The notes below the pieces were generated by a model, which did no database searches, was not told the origin of the DNA, and was given only the letters and a program-made list of their open reading frames with translations. A program made the position numbers and the translations under genes. Shown in pieces: positions 47,107 to 56,268 of a stretch of DNA of 64,000 nt (position 1 is the stretch's first letter; each line of letters opens with the position of its first letter). Source of the DNA: Acidimicrobiales bacterium (lineage in GTDB: Bacteria > Actinomycetota > Acidimicrobiia > Acidimicrobiales > CATQHL01); assembly GCA_965237375.1 (NCBI GenBank), contig CBDEFI010000006.1, positions 418,407 to 482,406 on the forward strand, written 5' to 3'.

Positions 47107-47454
47107 ATGGGAGACCCGGGAGAACACGTCCCGGTGCCCCGCGACTACCTCGTCGGCGGGGCGCAATGGCCCGACGGCCTACTACGAGCCGTCGCGCCAC
47201 CCGAAGCACGCCTCCTAAAAGCAATCGCCAGCAGGCTCAAACAAGCCGTCGGCGACAAGTCGCTACGTGACGTGGCCAACGAATGCGGCGTCGCCCCACA
47301 AACCGTGCACAACATCCTCGCAGGCACAACATGGGCACACGTACTCAGCATCGCCCGCCTCGAACGAGGCCTCAACATCGGACTCTGGGGCCAAGAACAC
47401 CGAAAGAAACCCACGCACTCCGGCCGACCCACAACAACGCGGCGTACTCGGTAA
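47107..47454 (+). CDS. XRE-family HTH protein (start uncertain; ORF opens at 46930)
   Basis: LKQAVGDKSLRDVANECGVAPQTVHNILAGTTWAHVLSIARLERGLNIGLWGQEH. Confidence 0.6.
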   Translation: MGDPGEHVPVPRDYLVGGAQWPDGLLRAVAPPEARLLKAIASRLKQAVGDKSLRDVANECGVAPQTVHNILAGTTWAHVLSIARLERGLNIGLWGQEHRKKPTHSGRPTTTRRTR

Positions 47455-47596
47455 ATCGCCCGGCACGGACGCGGGACATCGCTCTAGCGTCATGCTTTGG
47501 GCTCGCTACTGCTACCGCGGTTGCCGTACTGGGCGAAGTGTGGGTCACTACCCCTCCAGAACGTGGAACGCTCTATGGGCGCGGGAGAACGTGCAG

Positions 47597-47830
47597 ATCA
47601 GCGTTTGTGGGCTCTGCGCGTTTGATGGGGCTAGTTGGTGGTGCCTTCGGCGTCGCTGGGAGCGGTTCGCGTGCTGGTCACTGGTTTCCGGGCGCTGCGA
47701 GGCCAGCGGCGTTGGTCCGGTGGCTGTGGGGGGGCACATCACCACCCTTGCCCTCATCGAGCAGGGGCTCAACGTCTGCCTCTGGGGCCACGAGCACCGG
47801 GAGAGGCCGCAGCGGCGCCACCGCTAGATA
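47597..47830. repeat. Miniature duplicate joining both ends of the 43.77-47.45 kb element
   Basis: 47597-47735 is ~85% identical to 43765-43910 (ctagttggtggtgccttcggcgtcgctgggagcgg...). 47740-47827 re-encodes the XRE C-terminus (LALIEQGLNVCLWGHEHRE). Confidence 0.75.
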
Positions 47831-47934
47831 ATCGGCAGATCAACTACCACGCTTAGGATCGATCGCTGAGACTGACCGCTATCCGCGCGGCTGCTCAGGT
47901 CCTCGCACCCCGGAGTGCCCCATAGGGGACTCTG

Positions 47935-49329
47935 TCAGCGAGACGGGCCAGCAGTAGGCGCCTCCGTGGGCCAATACTTGCGACTCTGGAGATACTGCGT
48001 CGCCTCGGGTTGTTCGGTGAATTCGAGCAGGGCGCCGAGCTTCTCCGCGAGCACCACGCGAACCTCGATAGGTGTGGCAAAGAAGAACTCACGGCGCGTG
48101 TTCACGCGGTTCACTCGCGCCTCTGCGAATGCGTCATGCAACTCCTGTTCCACAACAACGGCGTCGTCTGCGAAGAACAGTGCGTGCACATCGAATGGGA
48201 AGGGCACCGACGCATCACCAAGTTCCCGCACACGATCCATGGGCTCGAGCCGCCGAGTCATGCCGATCTTCACCATCCGCTTGCCGAAAGAGCCGGGGTT
48301 GCTGATCACGTAGACGTAGCCGGCGCGGATATTCGCCACGCGGTAGTCGTTCTGCGCGATCGCAGTGTCGACATCCAGCAGGCGCCGCTCCATCTCAGCA
48401 ATAGCTTCCTCGTCGGCATTGACACGAAGCGCTTCTAGGGCTGCTAGGTAGTGGGAGCGCTCCTTGTCGAGCCGTTCTCGCTCAGCGGCAAGTTCCTGCT
48501 CCGCACGCCTCTCCTCACGAAGCCGCTCGCGTTCTTCTCGCGCGGCTTCTTTCTCCTCCTGCTTCTTCATGAGATGGTCCGATGTCAGCTCGAGTTCCTC
48601 GAATCGGAGTTCGTGGTAGCGGGGGTTCACGCGCATCTCCATCATTGCCCCGAGTTTGGCGATGGCTTGCACAGCTCTGTCGAGGCGCTTCTTGGCCGTG
48701 ACGATGTTCCCAGCCCGCAGCGCACGGACGCAGTTGTCGGCTTCGGCGTTATAGGCCCGCAGCATCAGTTTCGAGAGGTCGGCGGTCATCTTGCGGCCCT
48801 TGGCCAGCGAGTTGTTGTAGGTGAACATGTCGGAAGCGAGGATCGCGTCCCCGGTCTTCACCATCTCCTTGATTCTCAAATTGAGGGCCACGAGCCTTGA
48901 TCGGTACTGCTCGGCATTCTCGAGGGGGTGGTGGTAGTTGTAGATGCCGACTTCCTGGAGAACGCGCTCGTCGTCAAGGTCGACGAGGTCGTCACCGCCT
49001 TGGGCGGCGCGATCTCGGAGCGACTCCACCTCGGCTTGTAGCAGGCGTACTTCCTCAGCGAGCACCTCGGCGTCGTGCTGGTCGTTGCCAGAGTCCGATG
49101 CGCGTAGAGTCGCCGCCGGCGGGGTAGGCGAGGCGAGGCTGGGAGGCGAATCGGTGGCACCCTGCGGATCTGTGGGCGTAGCAGCAGCGTCGGCGTCAGG
49201 CGTGATCCAGAGTTCCCACCCGTCTGGTGGTGGAGGCCATGACGGATCGGGCTTCCAACCGCTCGGCGGGATCCACCCGTCTGGCGGTTTCGGCCAGTTG
49301 GGGGGAGGGTTGAACACCCCGTCGCCCAT
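47935..49329 (-). CDS. DUF4041-like coiled-coil + T5orf172/GIY-YIG-like C-terminal domain protein (defence-island type)
   Basis: ATG at 49329. The N-terminus has PP.GW repeats (PPNWPKPPDGWIPPSGWKPDPSWPPPPDGWELW). Middle: LQEVGIYNYHHPLENAEQY...MTADLSKLMLRAYNAEADN. C-terminus: GYVYVISNPGSFGKRMVKIGMTRRLEPMDRVRELGDASVPFPFDVHALFF..DAVVVEQELHDAF...RVN..REFF. Confidence 0.7.
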   Translation of the reverse strand: MGDGVFNPPPNWPKPPDGWIPPSGWKPDPSWPPPPDGWELWITPDADAAATPTDPQGATDSPPSLASPTPPAATLRASDSGNDQHDAEVLAEEVRLLQAEVESLRDRAAQGGDDLVDLDDERVLQEVGIYNYHHPLENAEQYRSRLVALNLRIKEMVKTGDAILASDMFTYNNSLAKGRKMTADLSKLMLRAYNAEADNCVRALRAGNIVTAKKRLDRAVQAIAKLGAMMEMRVNPRYHELRFEELELTSDHLMKKQEEKEAAREERERLREERRAEQELAAERERLDKERSHYLAALEALRVNADEEAIAEMERRLLDVDTAIAQNDYRVANIRAGYVYVISNPGSFGKRMVKIGMTRRLEPMDRVRELGDASVPFPFDVHALFFADDAVVVEQELHDAFAEARVNRVNTRREFFFATPIEVRVVLAEKLGALLEFTEQPEATQYLQSRKYWPTEAPTAGPSR

Positions 49330-49336
49330 CTCCGAG

Positions 49337-50608
49337 TTAGCCCCGGACGCCCTTGGCCAGGTCAATCGCCACCAACCCGAACGGGTTCTTCGACACGGCG
49401 GCCTTTAGGTGCGCAAGGGTCGCGGCCGGCACGATGTTCGAGAGGTCGAAGGCCTCGAATGTCGCTCGGTCCGACGCGACCGCAACGAACGGGATGTCAG
49501 TCATGTGACCCGTTCCAGGGTCGATCGTCTGGGTCGCGACCGTTAGGGAGATCGTCTGAATGCGACCCGCCCGGTCGGCCTCGAATATCTCATGCAGCGT
49601 CCGGACGGCGACCTGGGCAACCGCGTGGGCGTAACGTTCCCTCTGTTCCTTCTGGGACTGAGCGGTTTCCGTGATTTCGTCGCGTGCCTTGATGTACTTG
49701 TATTGGCGGATGCTCGGCATTGATGAGGGCGCGGGTACGGCGACCTTCAAGGTCAACTCGCCCTGCGCCGAGTCGAAGGCGAACTCGTGCGAGACAGGGA
49801 ACGAGTCGGGGTACACGGAGCTTCCCAAGACGATCGACACATACTCTTGGACGGCGTCCTCGACGCCGTACCCGAGGTTCGCGATGAGTTCGTCAAGGGC
49901 GCTATTCGACTCAGCAACCTCGGCCTCGCGCTGCTGGCACTCCGCTTCGTAGGTTGCCTTCGCGGCCTCGAGTTGCTGCAGGCGGAGATCCTCCGCAGCC
50001 TCATAAGCGCGATCCTGTTCCTCTTGCCGCGAGGGGATACTTGCGATCTCCGCCTCCCACGCCCGGTTCGCCTCGTCGTGGCCGGCCTGCGCTTGGGCGA
50101 GCAACGCGGCATATCTCTTCTTGGCCCCGAGCGCCAGAGAGAACTTCTTCGGTTCGCCGGGCGGTGCGACGAACTCGGGGCGAAGCGGTGGCTCGATGGG
50201 GTCAGGCCGCGGAGTGGCAGTGGCCAACTGCCCCGGCTCGAACCGTGGATGCTCGACAACCCGGCGCAACGTTTCGAGATCGACGTAGTCGTCGACCGCG
50301 AGCGTGTCGGCGAGAATGCTGTCGATCTCGCTGTAGGTGCCGGAAAGGGCCGCGTTCCGGGCAGATGCCTCGGCCTCCATCGCCTCGATGTGGAGACGTT
50401 TGGCTTCCTGTTCGGCCTTCTTCTGCTCAGCAGCGCGAGCCCTCTCCGCTTGGACCCTGGCCTTCTCCGCCTGCCGCGCGGCTTGCTCAGCTCTTCGCTG
50501 AGCAGCAGCCTGGTCGCGCGCTGTCTGCCGCTGCTCCTGCTCCCGGCGTCTCGCATCCTGTTGCATCTGGCGATTGATCTCCGCCAGCAGTCCCCGATGT
50601 CGAGCCAT
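49337..50608 (-). CDS. Hypothetical protein: N-terminal Q/R/A/E-rich coiled coil + conserved C-terminal globular domain
   Basis: 423 aa. It ends 7 nt before the DUF4041-type gene (TAACTCGGAGATG). The C-domain is ...YVSIVLGSSVYPDSFPVSHEFAFDSAQGELTLKVAVPAPSSMPSIRQYKYIKARDEI...VAVRTLHEIFEADRAGRIQTISLTV. Confidence 0.6.
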   Translation of the reverse strand: MARHRGLLAEINRQMQQDARRREQEQRQTARDQAAAQRRAEQAARQAEKARVQAERARAAEQKKAEQEAKRLHIEAMEAEASARNAALSGTYSEIDSILADTLAVDDYVDLETLRRVVEHPRFEPGQLATATPRPDPIEPPLRPEFVAPPGEPKKFSLALGAKKRYAALLAQAQAGHDEANRAWEAEIASIPSRQEEQDRAYEAAEDLRLQQLEAAKATYEAECQQREAEVAESNSALDELIANLGYGVEDAVQEYVSIVLGSSVYPDSFPVSHEFAFDSAQGELTLKVAVPAPSSMPSIRQYKYIKARDEITETAQSQKEQRERYAHAVAQVAVRTLHEIFEADRAGRIQTISLTVATQTIDPGTGHMTDIPFVAVASDRATFEAFDLSNIVPAATLAHLKAAVSKNPFGLVAIDLAKGVRG

Positions 50609-51789
50609 AACCCGACCCCTTTCCTCTCAGGCAACTTGCTGCTCGCCAGTACTGGCGGGCGAGCACCGGGCGACCTTACTCTGGGTATATTGAGACCCGC
50701 TAGGGCTTAGCGAGGGGCGCAGGTGGCGCGAGGCGGCTGACCTGCACGCTACGTCTAACGAGGGACCTCTCGCACCCAGCCTCAGCAGCCGCTGCGTCAC
50801 GGTTCGCGGAAGCCCGCCCAATCTGTCGGCGCCCCGCTACTGGACAGCGAAGGAAGCTACGTGGTCTTCGGATGAGTGATCGCGAGACGCGATGTTCTCA
50901 AGTACATGCTCGAACGCCAAAGCAACGACCCCGGGAGGCCCTCCCATGCGTACTCACGCCCCTGCTCGTCGCGGCCCCCGCCGTGTCGCCAAACCGCCGT
51001 CTACGTCAATCGGCTGGGGGGTCAGGCTTTCGCAAGCGCTGATCGCCGCCGCCGCGGGCGCCGCTTATGGCCGCGCCGCGGAGGCCGGGTTCGGCGACCC
51101 GGCGCTGCAGGGGCTCGTGGCGCTTCTTGCTGCCGCCAGCGTGGTGGTGGTTCTCGGCCAGGAGCATCTGCGCGAAGCGCTGGATCGCGGAGTCGGTACC
51201 GCGGAGCGGAAGGGTTATGGCATGCGGGCCTTGTTGCTCACCATCGTCCCGCCCCTGGCCATAGCGGGCACGTTGATCTCTCTCGCGAGCTACGAGCATG
51301 GGTGGCCGTTGGGCCGCCTAGAGGATCACACGTTGCAGCGAGGTGTGGTGTTCGGCGCGCTTGTCGCCGTGCTGGTGTGGCTGCTGGCTGCTGCCGCCAG
51401 CACCCCGCTGTTGGCCCTCGCCGCCCGCAAGCGCGCCGGCGCGTCGTCGGTGTCTTGGCCGCCGGTGCCTGCCGATCTAGCTGGCTTGCCGTGGCCGGAC
51501 ACCTTCCAGGCATCGCCCGAGGATCCGTACGAGAACGACGCCTTCGAGCGCGAGGACGATGTGCGCCGCTACTGCGAACTGCTGGTGGCTGGCCGTGCGC
51601 CGGCGGTATGGGCACTATCGGGCCCTTGGGGGTCTGGGAAGTCAGCGTTTGCCCGGATGGCAGCGGCGGAGTGCGAGCGCCAAGACGCCGTCAGCAGGTG
51701 CATCGAGGTGTCCGCCCCGGCGGGCCGACTAGGGGGTGCACCGTTGTTCGATCTCGCGGCGGCGCTGGCGTACGGTCTGGCCCCACTAG

Positions 51790-52819
51790 ATGAGTAGTTC
51801 CAAGGGGTGCGGGGTGCGGGGGGTCCGCTGCTGGGTGGTTGAGGGTGTCCAAAATCTGGGGGTAACAATCCCTGATCTTGGAGGATCTCGGCATGAACCC
51901 GGACTTGGACACCCTCGTGACTGCACTGTATGTGAGGATCGATGATTTGTTGATGGCGCACCCCGAGTGGGCGCCGCGGCGGCCCGCGGTGGGGTTCGTC
52001 CCGAAGCTCACCGACGCGGAGTTGGTGACCTTGGCGGTGCTGCAAGCCTTGTTGGGGTTCGACTCTGAGGCCCGCTTCGTGCGCTACGCCAAAGCGCACC
52101 TGCGGGCGTGGTTCCGGTATCTGCCCCAGCGCCCCGGCTATAACAAGCGTCTGCGCCGCAGCGGCGAACTGCTCCCCCACGTGCTCGCCGCCCTGGCGCG
52201 GGACTGCCCGGCCTGGCACGACGACGTCTGGGTCGTGGACTCCACACCGGTGGAGTGCGGGCGCAGCCGCGAGACCCAAAAACGCTCCGACCTCGCCGGA
52301 TGGGCCGCCTACGGCTACAGCGCCTCGCACGCACGGTACTTCTGGGGGCTGCGCCTGCACCTGCTCGCCACCCCCGCCGGACTGCCTATCGCCTACGCCC
52401 TCGCCGGCGCCAAAGCCGACGAACGCGACATCTGCTTGGACATGATCGCCCACGCCGGCGTGGCCCGGCGGGGCCAGACCCTCATCGCCGACAAGGGCTA
52501 CCGCAGCGCCGCCTTCGAAGCCCAACTCAACGACGCAGGCATCACCTTGATCCGCCCCGCCACCAAATCAGAGCCGCCCCGGCCCGGCCAGCGGTTCCTG
52601 CGCCCGCTGCGCCAGATCATCGAATCCATCAACCAGACCCTCAAAGCCCAACTCGGCCTCGAACGCCACGGCGGCCGCACCCGCCCCGGCGTGGCCGCGC
52701 GCATCCTGCAACGCCTCCTCGCCCTCACCGCCGCCATCTGGCACAACCAAACCACCCAACAACCAGGACCCGCCCGATCCCTCATCGCCTACGACCACTG
52801 ACCCCTTGGAACTACTCAT
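51790..52819 (+). mobile_element. IS982-family element (1030 bp) with CTAG target duplication
   Basis: Perfect 18-bp IRs ATGAGTAGTTCCAAGGGG / CCCCTTGGAACTACTCAT. CTAG lies at 51786-51789 and 52820-52823. Confidence 0.9.
51878..52801 (+). CDS. IS982-family transposase
   Basis: 307 aa: VVDSTPVECG...GYSASHARYFWGLRLHLL...LIADKGYRS...RQIIESINQTLKAQLGLERHGGRT. Confidence 0.88.
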   Translation: MEDLGMNPDLDTLVTALYVRIDDLLMAHPEWAPRRPAVGFVPKLTDAELVTLAVLQALLGFDSEARFVRYAKAHLRAWFRYLPQRPGYNKRLRRSGELLPHVLAALARDCPAWHDDVWVVDSTPVECGRSRETQKRSDLAGWAAYGYSASHARYFWGLRLHLLATPAGLPIAYALAGAKADERDICLDMIAHAGVARRGQTLIADKGYRSAAFEAQLNDAGITLIRPATKSEPPRPGQRFLRPLRQIIESINQTLKAQLGLERHGGRTRPGVAARILQRLLALTAAIWHNQTTQQPGPARSLIAYDH

Positions 52820-53961
52820 CTAGGTGCAGGGGAGCGCCGCGGCGGGATCGAGCGGATGTTCGACATGGCGCGCTCCTACGCGGAACCTGTCCGCTTGGCG
52901 CAAGAGCTGCGTGCCGGCGATGACCCGCGTGGAACCCTCAATGAGTTTGCTGGGGTCGTGGAGGAACTGGTGGGAGAGGCACCGGGCCGGGTGATCCTGT
53001 GGATCGACGACCTTGACCGCTGCCCGCCGGATTACGCGTTGGAGATGCTGCACGCGGTGCGCGCCGTCACTGCGTGCCGCAATTTGTCGACAGTGCTCGT
53101 GGTGAACCACGATGCGCTCGTCGCCGCAGCTGGCCACAGGTGTGGGTTGGGTGCCGAGGCGGGGTCCTACCTCGACCGCTTCATTGATTTCAGGATTGAC
53201 GTGCCGCCGTTGGACCGCGGCGATGTTGGGCGTGGGGGGCTGCGCGAACGGTGGATGGTCCAGCGCGCTGAAACCGTCGGCCTGGCCCAGACGATGAAGG
53301 ACGCCGCCCCCCTCAGTATGCTGACCGGCGCGGCATGGACCGAGGCGCTGTCCTTGCGGGATCTGGAACAGCTTGTGTACCGCGCCTCGGTGGTGCTGCC
53401 AGGCATCCCGAGCCACCTGCCCCCCTTGCTCGGCGAGATGGACCCCCCGACCGACCCCTCTGCTGCCGCCGACCGGGAGGCCATGATCCTCGCCGTGTGT
53501 GCACACGTCCTGCTCAACGTCTGGGACACAGAAACACGGGAGCAGGTTCTCGAACTGGTCACCAGGGAGACGCCACCCCACAAGGGCGAGGTGGGCAACC
53601 TGATCGGGCCCACGCCCTTCATCCCCTGCGTAGGGGCCGGACCCGCGTTTGTCGAGGCTCTAGATCCAGCGCTGGTCGCGCTACGGGCCTGCCACCACGA
53701 GCATCACACCGGGCGTGTGCCCGACCTGGCGATCATCAGAGGATGGGCCAGCGAGATCACGCCACCGCGCGGCGACGTCTAGCCCGGCTAAAGGGCCGTT
53801 GATCGTCACCTGGCCGCCCCACCCTCACCCTCGGCGGGCGGGTAGCCGGACTGCTCGCCGGTTCGGGCGCCGGAGCGGCTATCCGGGCTCTTCGGAGCCT
53901 TCGGCATGGCCGTCGCGTCGCACGGGATCCAAACCGAGAACTGTGTGAGAAACGACGCCGA

Positions 53962-55024
53962 CGGCCAGTTCTAGTGGTCACTGCACGGTGAGGGCATGAT
54001 ACAGCTCTGCGGGGCTGTGGTAGTTGAGGCTGCGTCGGCGCTGGTTGTTGATGATGTGTGCTGCGTGTTCTGCTTGTGCGGGGGTGATGAGGCGGAGGTC
54101 GGTGCCGCGGGGGAACCACCAGCGGCATTGGCGGTTGAGGTTCTCGATCTGGCCGCGTTGCCACGGCGAGTGCGGGTCGCAGAACCACACGTCGAGGTTG
54201 TAGTGGTCGGCGAGGCGGCGCCAGTTGGCCCATTCGGGGCCTTGGTCGAAGGTGAGGCTGCGGCGCAGGTGGGCGGGGATACCGTCGAGGCCTTCGATGA
54301 GGCCGGCGAGGGTCGCGTCGGCGGTGTAGCCGTCGGGCATGGTGACCGGGATGGAGAACCTGGTGGTGCGCTCGGTGAGCCAGATCATGGAGGACCGGTT
54401 GTTGGCGCCGATGATCTGGTCTGCTTCCCAGTGGCCGGCCTCGCTGCGGTCGTTCACCTGCACGGGGCGCAGGGAGATGTTCGCCACGCCGGGGCGCGAC
54501 CTGGGGTTGCGTCTGTGGCGGCAGCGTCGTCGCCGCCGGCGGCTGCGCAGGCACTGCCGGGGTTCCACGTCGAGAACCCCGGCGTAGAGGGCCTGGTAGA
54601 TGGTCTCCACGCACGGCCGGGCGGCCACGCCCGCCGCGGCCAGGTCCGCCCAGATCGCCTCGGGGGAGCGCCCCAGGCGCAACTCGGCGACGATCCGGTC
54701 CCGCAACGGGCCCGGAACCTCCAAGCGGCGCCGCCGCGGCCGACAGCGTGCCCGCTCGGCGCGCCGCTGCGCCATCGCCGGGCGGTAACGGCCACGACCG
54801 CCGCCCGCGGCGACCTCACGGGCGACCGTCGACCGATGCCGGCCGAGCGACCGGGCGATCGCCGCCCAACTCGCCGCCGGATCCTCAATCAGCGCCCGAG
54901 AAATCTCCTCGCGCTCGTGCAACGCCAGCGGTGCGCCTGGCATGCTGGTACCTCCATCGGTCGGTGCTTGTATTGGCACCGGTCATCATGACCGGCACCG
55001 TGCACCGACCGATGGAACTGGCCG
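53962..55024 (-). mobile_element. IS30-family element, copy 2
   Basis: It has the same termini as 29830-30892 and roughly 90% nucleotide identity by eye. Confidence 0.9.
53978..54979 (-). CDS. IS30-family transposase
   Basis: 333 aa, a paralog of the 29846-30847 product. Confidence 0.9.
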   Translation of the reverse strand: MPIQAPTDGGTSMPGAPLALHEREEISRALIEDPAASWAAIARSLGRHRSTVAREVAAGGGRGRYRPAMAQRRAERARCRPRRRRLEVPGPLRDRIVAELRLGRSPEAIWADLAAAGVAARPCVETIYQALYAGVLDVEPRQCLRSRRRRRRCRHRRNPRSRPGVANISLRPVQVNDRSEAGHWEADQIIGANNRSSMIWLTERTTRFSIPVTMPDGYTADATLAGLIEGLDGIPAHLRRSLTFDQGPEWANWRRLADHYNLDVWFCDPHSPWQRGQIENLNRQCRWWFPRGTDLRLITPAQAEHAAHIINNQRRRSLNYHSPAELYHALTVQ

Positions 55025-55108
55025 ACCGGCCCGCGCTCCTTGACCCGGGAGAGAGATCGCGGTCCTTGGGCGGTGGTACCCTCTACCTCACTTGGTAAGG
55101 AATTCAGG

Positions 55109-56182
55109 ATGATCGTAAAGCCATACAAGCAAACTAATGTGCACCAAGACCCCCGTCAGCTAGCAGGCGCGGCCGCCGAGGAGCAAATGGCGCACTACTT
55201 GCACCGAGGTTTCAATGAAGATCAGGGCGTTCACGTACTACACGATGTGAGGCTCGAGGATCGCGCCCAACCGGAGCAGGATGGCTCGACCGGAGTGTGC
55301 CAGGTCGATCATCTGCTTGTGCATCGCTGGGGGCTGTTCATCATCGAGAGCAAATCGGTGACCGAGGAAGTTCGGGTCCGGTCCGACGACTCGGGCGGAG
55401 ATGAGTGGAGCCGCGTGTACCGAGGCAAGGAGAAGGGGATGCCCTCTCCAATTCGGCAGGCGCAGCGCCAATCGGAGTTTCTGCGGGCGTTTCTTCAACG
55501 ACACCGGGAGGAAATGCTCGGGAGACAACCTGTCGGGCTCCGCACTATTTCCAAGCTCGTAGTGGGAACTGATCAGCGTGGGTTCAAGTCGGCGCCGATC
55601 CAACTGGTAATCGCCGTGTCCGACAAGGGCATGATCAAACGGCGTGGTGGTTGGGAAGAGCCCCGCGAACCGTTGCGGGTGTTCGTGACCAAGGCGGATC
55701 TGGTCACCGACAAGATCCGCCAGGAGCTTGAGCGGCATAGAAAAGGCCCGGACGTGGTGAATGCTGAACCTGCTCGCGACTACGGCATGTGGAGCATGAA
55801 AGCGCAGGAAGTTGAGTTGGTGGCTGAGTACCTTGCAGAGCGGCATGTGGATCGCTCGGACGCTTCGCCAGCCCGATCCAAGGGGACTGCCCCTAACCGC
55901 AACCGCAGGTCATCCCCGAACAAGGCCGACGGCGCCGGACACTCGGCGAGAGCGACCTGCAGGCATTGCGGGTCGGAAGACCTCACCGCGCGTTGGGGCA
56001 AATACGGGTACTACTGGCGGTGCGAAATGTGTGAGCAGAATACGGCGATGCCCGTGATTTGCTCTGCATGCGGAACCGAGGGGGTACGGGGCAAAGGGGT
56101 GCGGGTTCGCAAGGCCAAGGCAACGTATTCCCGCGAGTGCGAAGCATGCGGGTATGCCGAAACAATATGGACCGAGGACTGA
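55109..56182 (+). CDS. NERD-domain protein with C-terminal Zn-ribbon cluster (topoisomerase-type fingers)
   Basis: ATG at 55109. Motifs: AEEQMAHYLHRGF...VLHDVRLED...CQVDHLLVHRWGLFIIESKSV. C-terminus: CRHCGSEDL...YWRCEMCEQ...CSACG...CEACG. GC is lower than its surroundings. Confidence 0.7.
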   Translation: MIVKPYKQTNVHQDPRQLAGAAAEEQMAHYLHRGFNEDQGVHVLHDVRLEDRAQPEQDGSTGVCQVDHLLVHRWGLFIIESKSVTEEVRVRSDDSGGDEWSRVYRGKEKGMPSPIRQAQRQSEFLRAFLQRHREEMLGRQPVGLRTISKLVVGTDQRGFKSAPIQLVIAVSDKGMIKRRGGWEEPREPLRVFVTKADLVTDKIRQELERHRKGPDVVNAEPARDYGMWSMKAQEVELVAEYLAERHVDRSDASPARSKGTAPNRNRRSSPNKADGAGHSARATCRHCGSEDLTARWGKYGYYWRCEMCEQNTAMPVICSACGTEGVRGKGVRVRKAKATYSRECEACGYAETIWTED

Positions 56183-56268
56183 ACGCCGCCGGACCCTGCG
56201 CGCCTTTCCGCTTGGACCCTACCCCGCTCCGACTGGCGGACCGCTTGCGGGGCAGTCCGGTACCTACG

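Larger units (their letters stand above)
50892..53782 (+). pseudogene. KAP-family P-loop NTPase with N-terminal TM helices, interrupted by IS982
   Basis: 5' part: ...DAFEREDDVRRYCELLVAGRAPAVWALSGPWGSGKSAF. 3' part: ...VILWIDDLDRCPPDYALEMLHAV. Removing 51790-52823 restores one continuous frame (…LAYGLAPLGAGERRGGIERMFDMARSY…). Confidence 0.8.
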
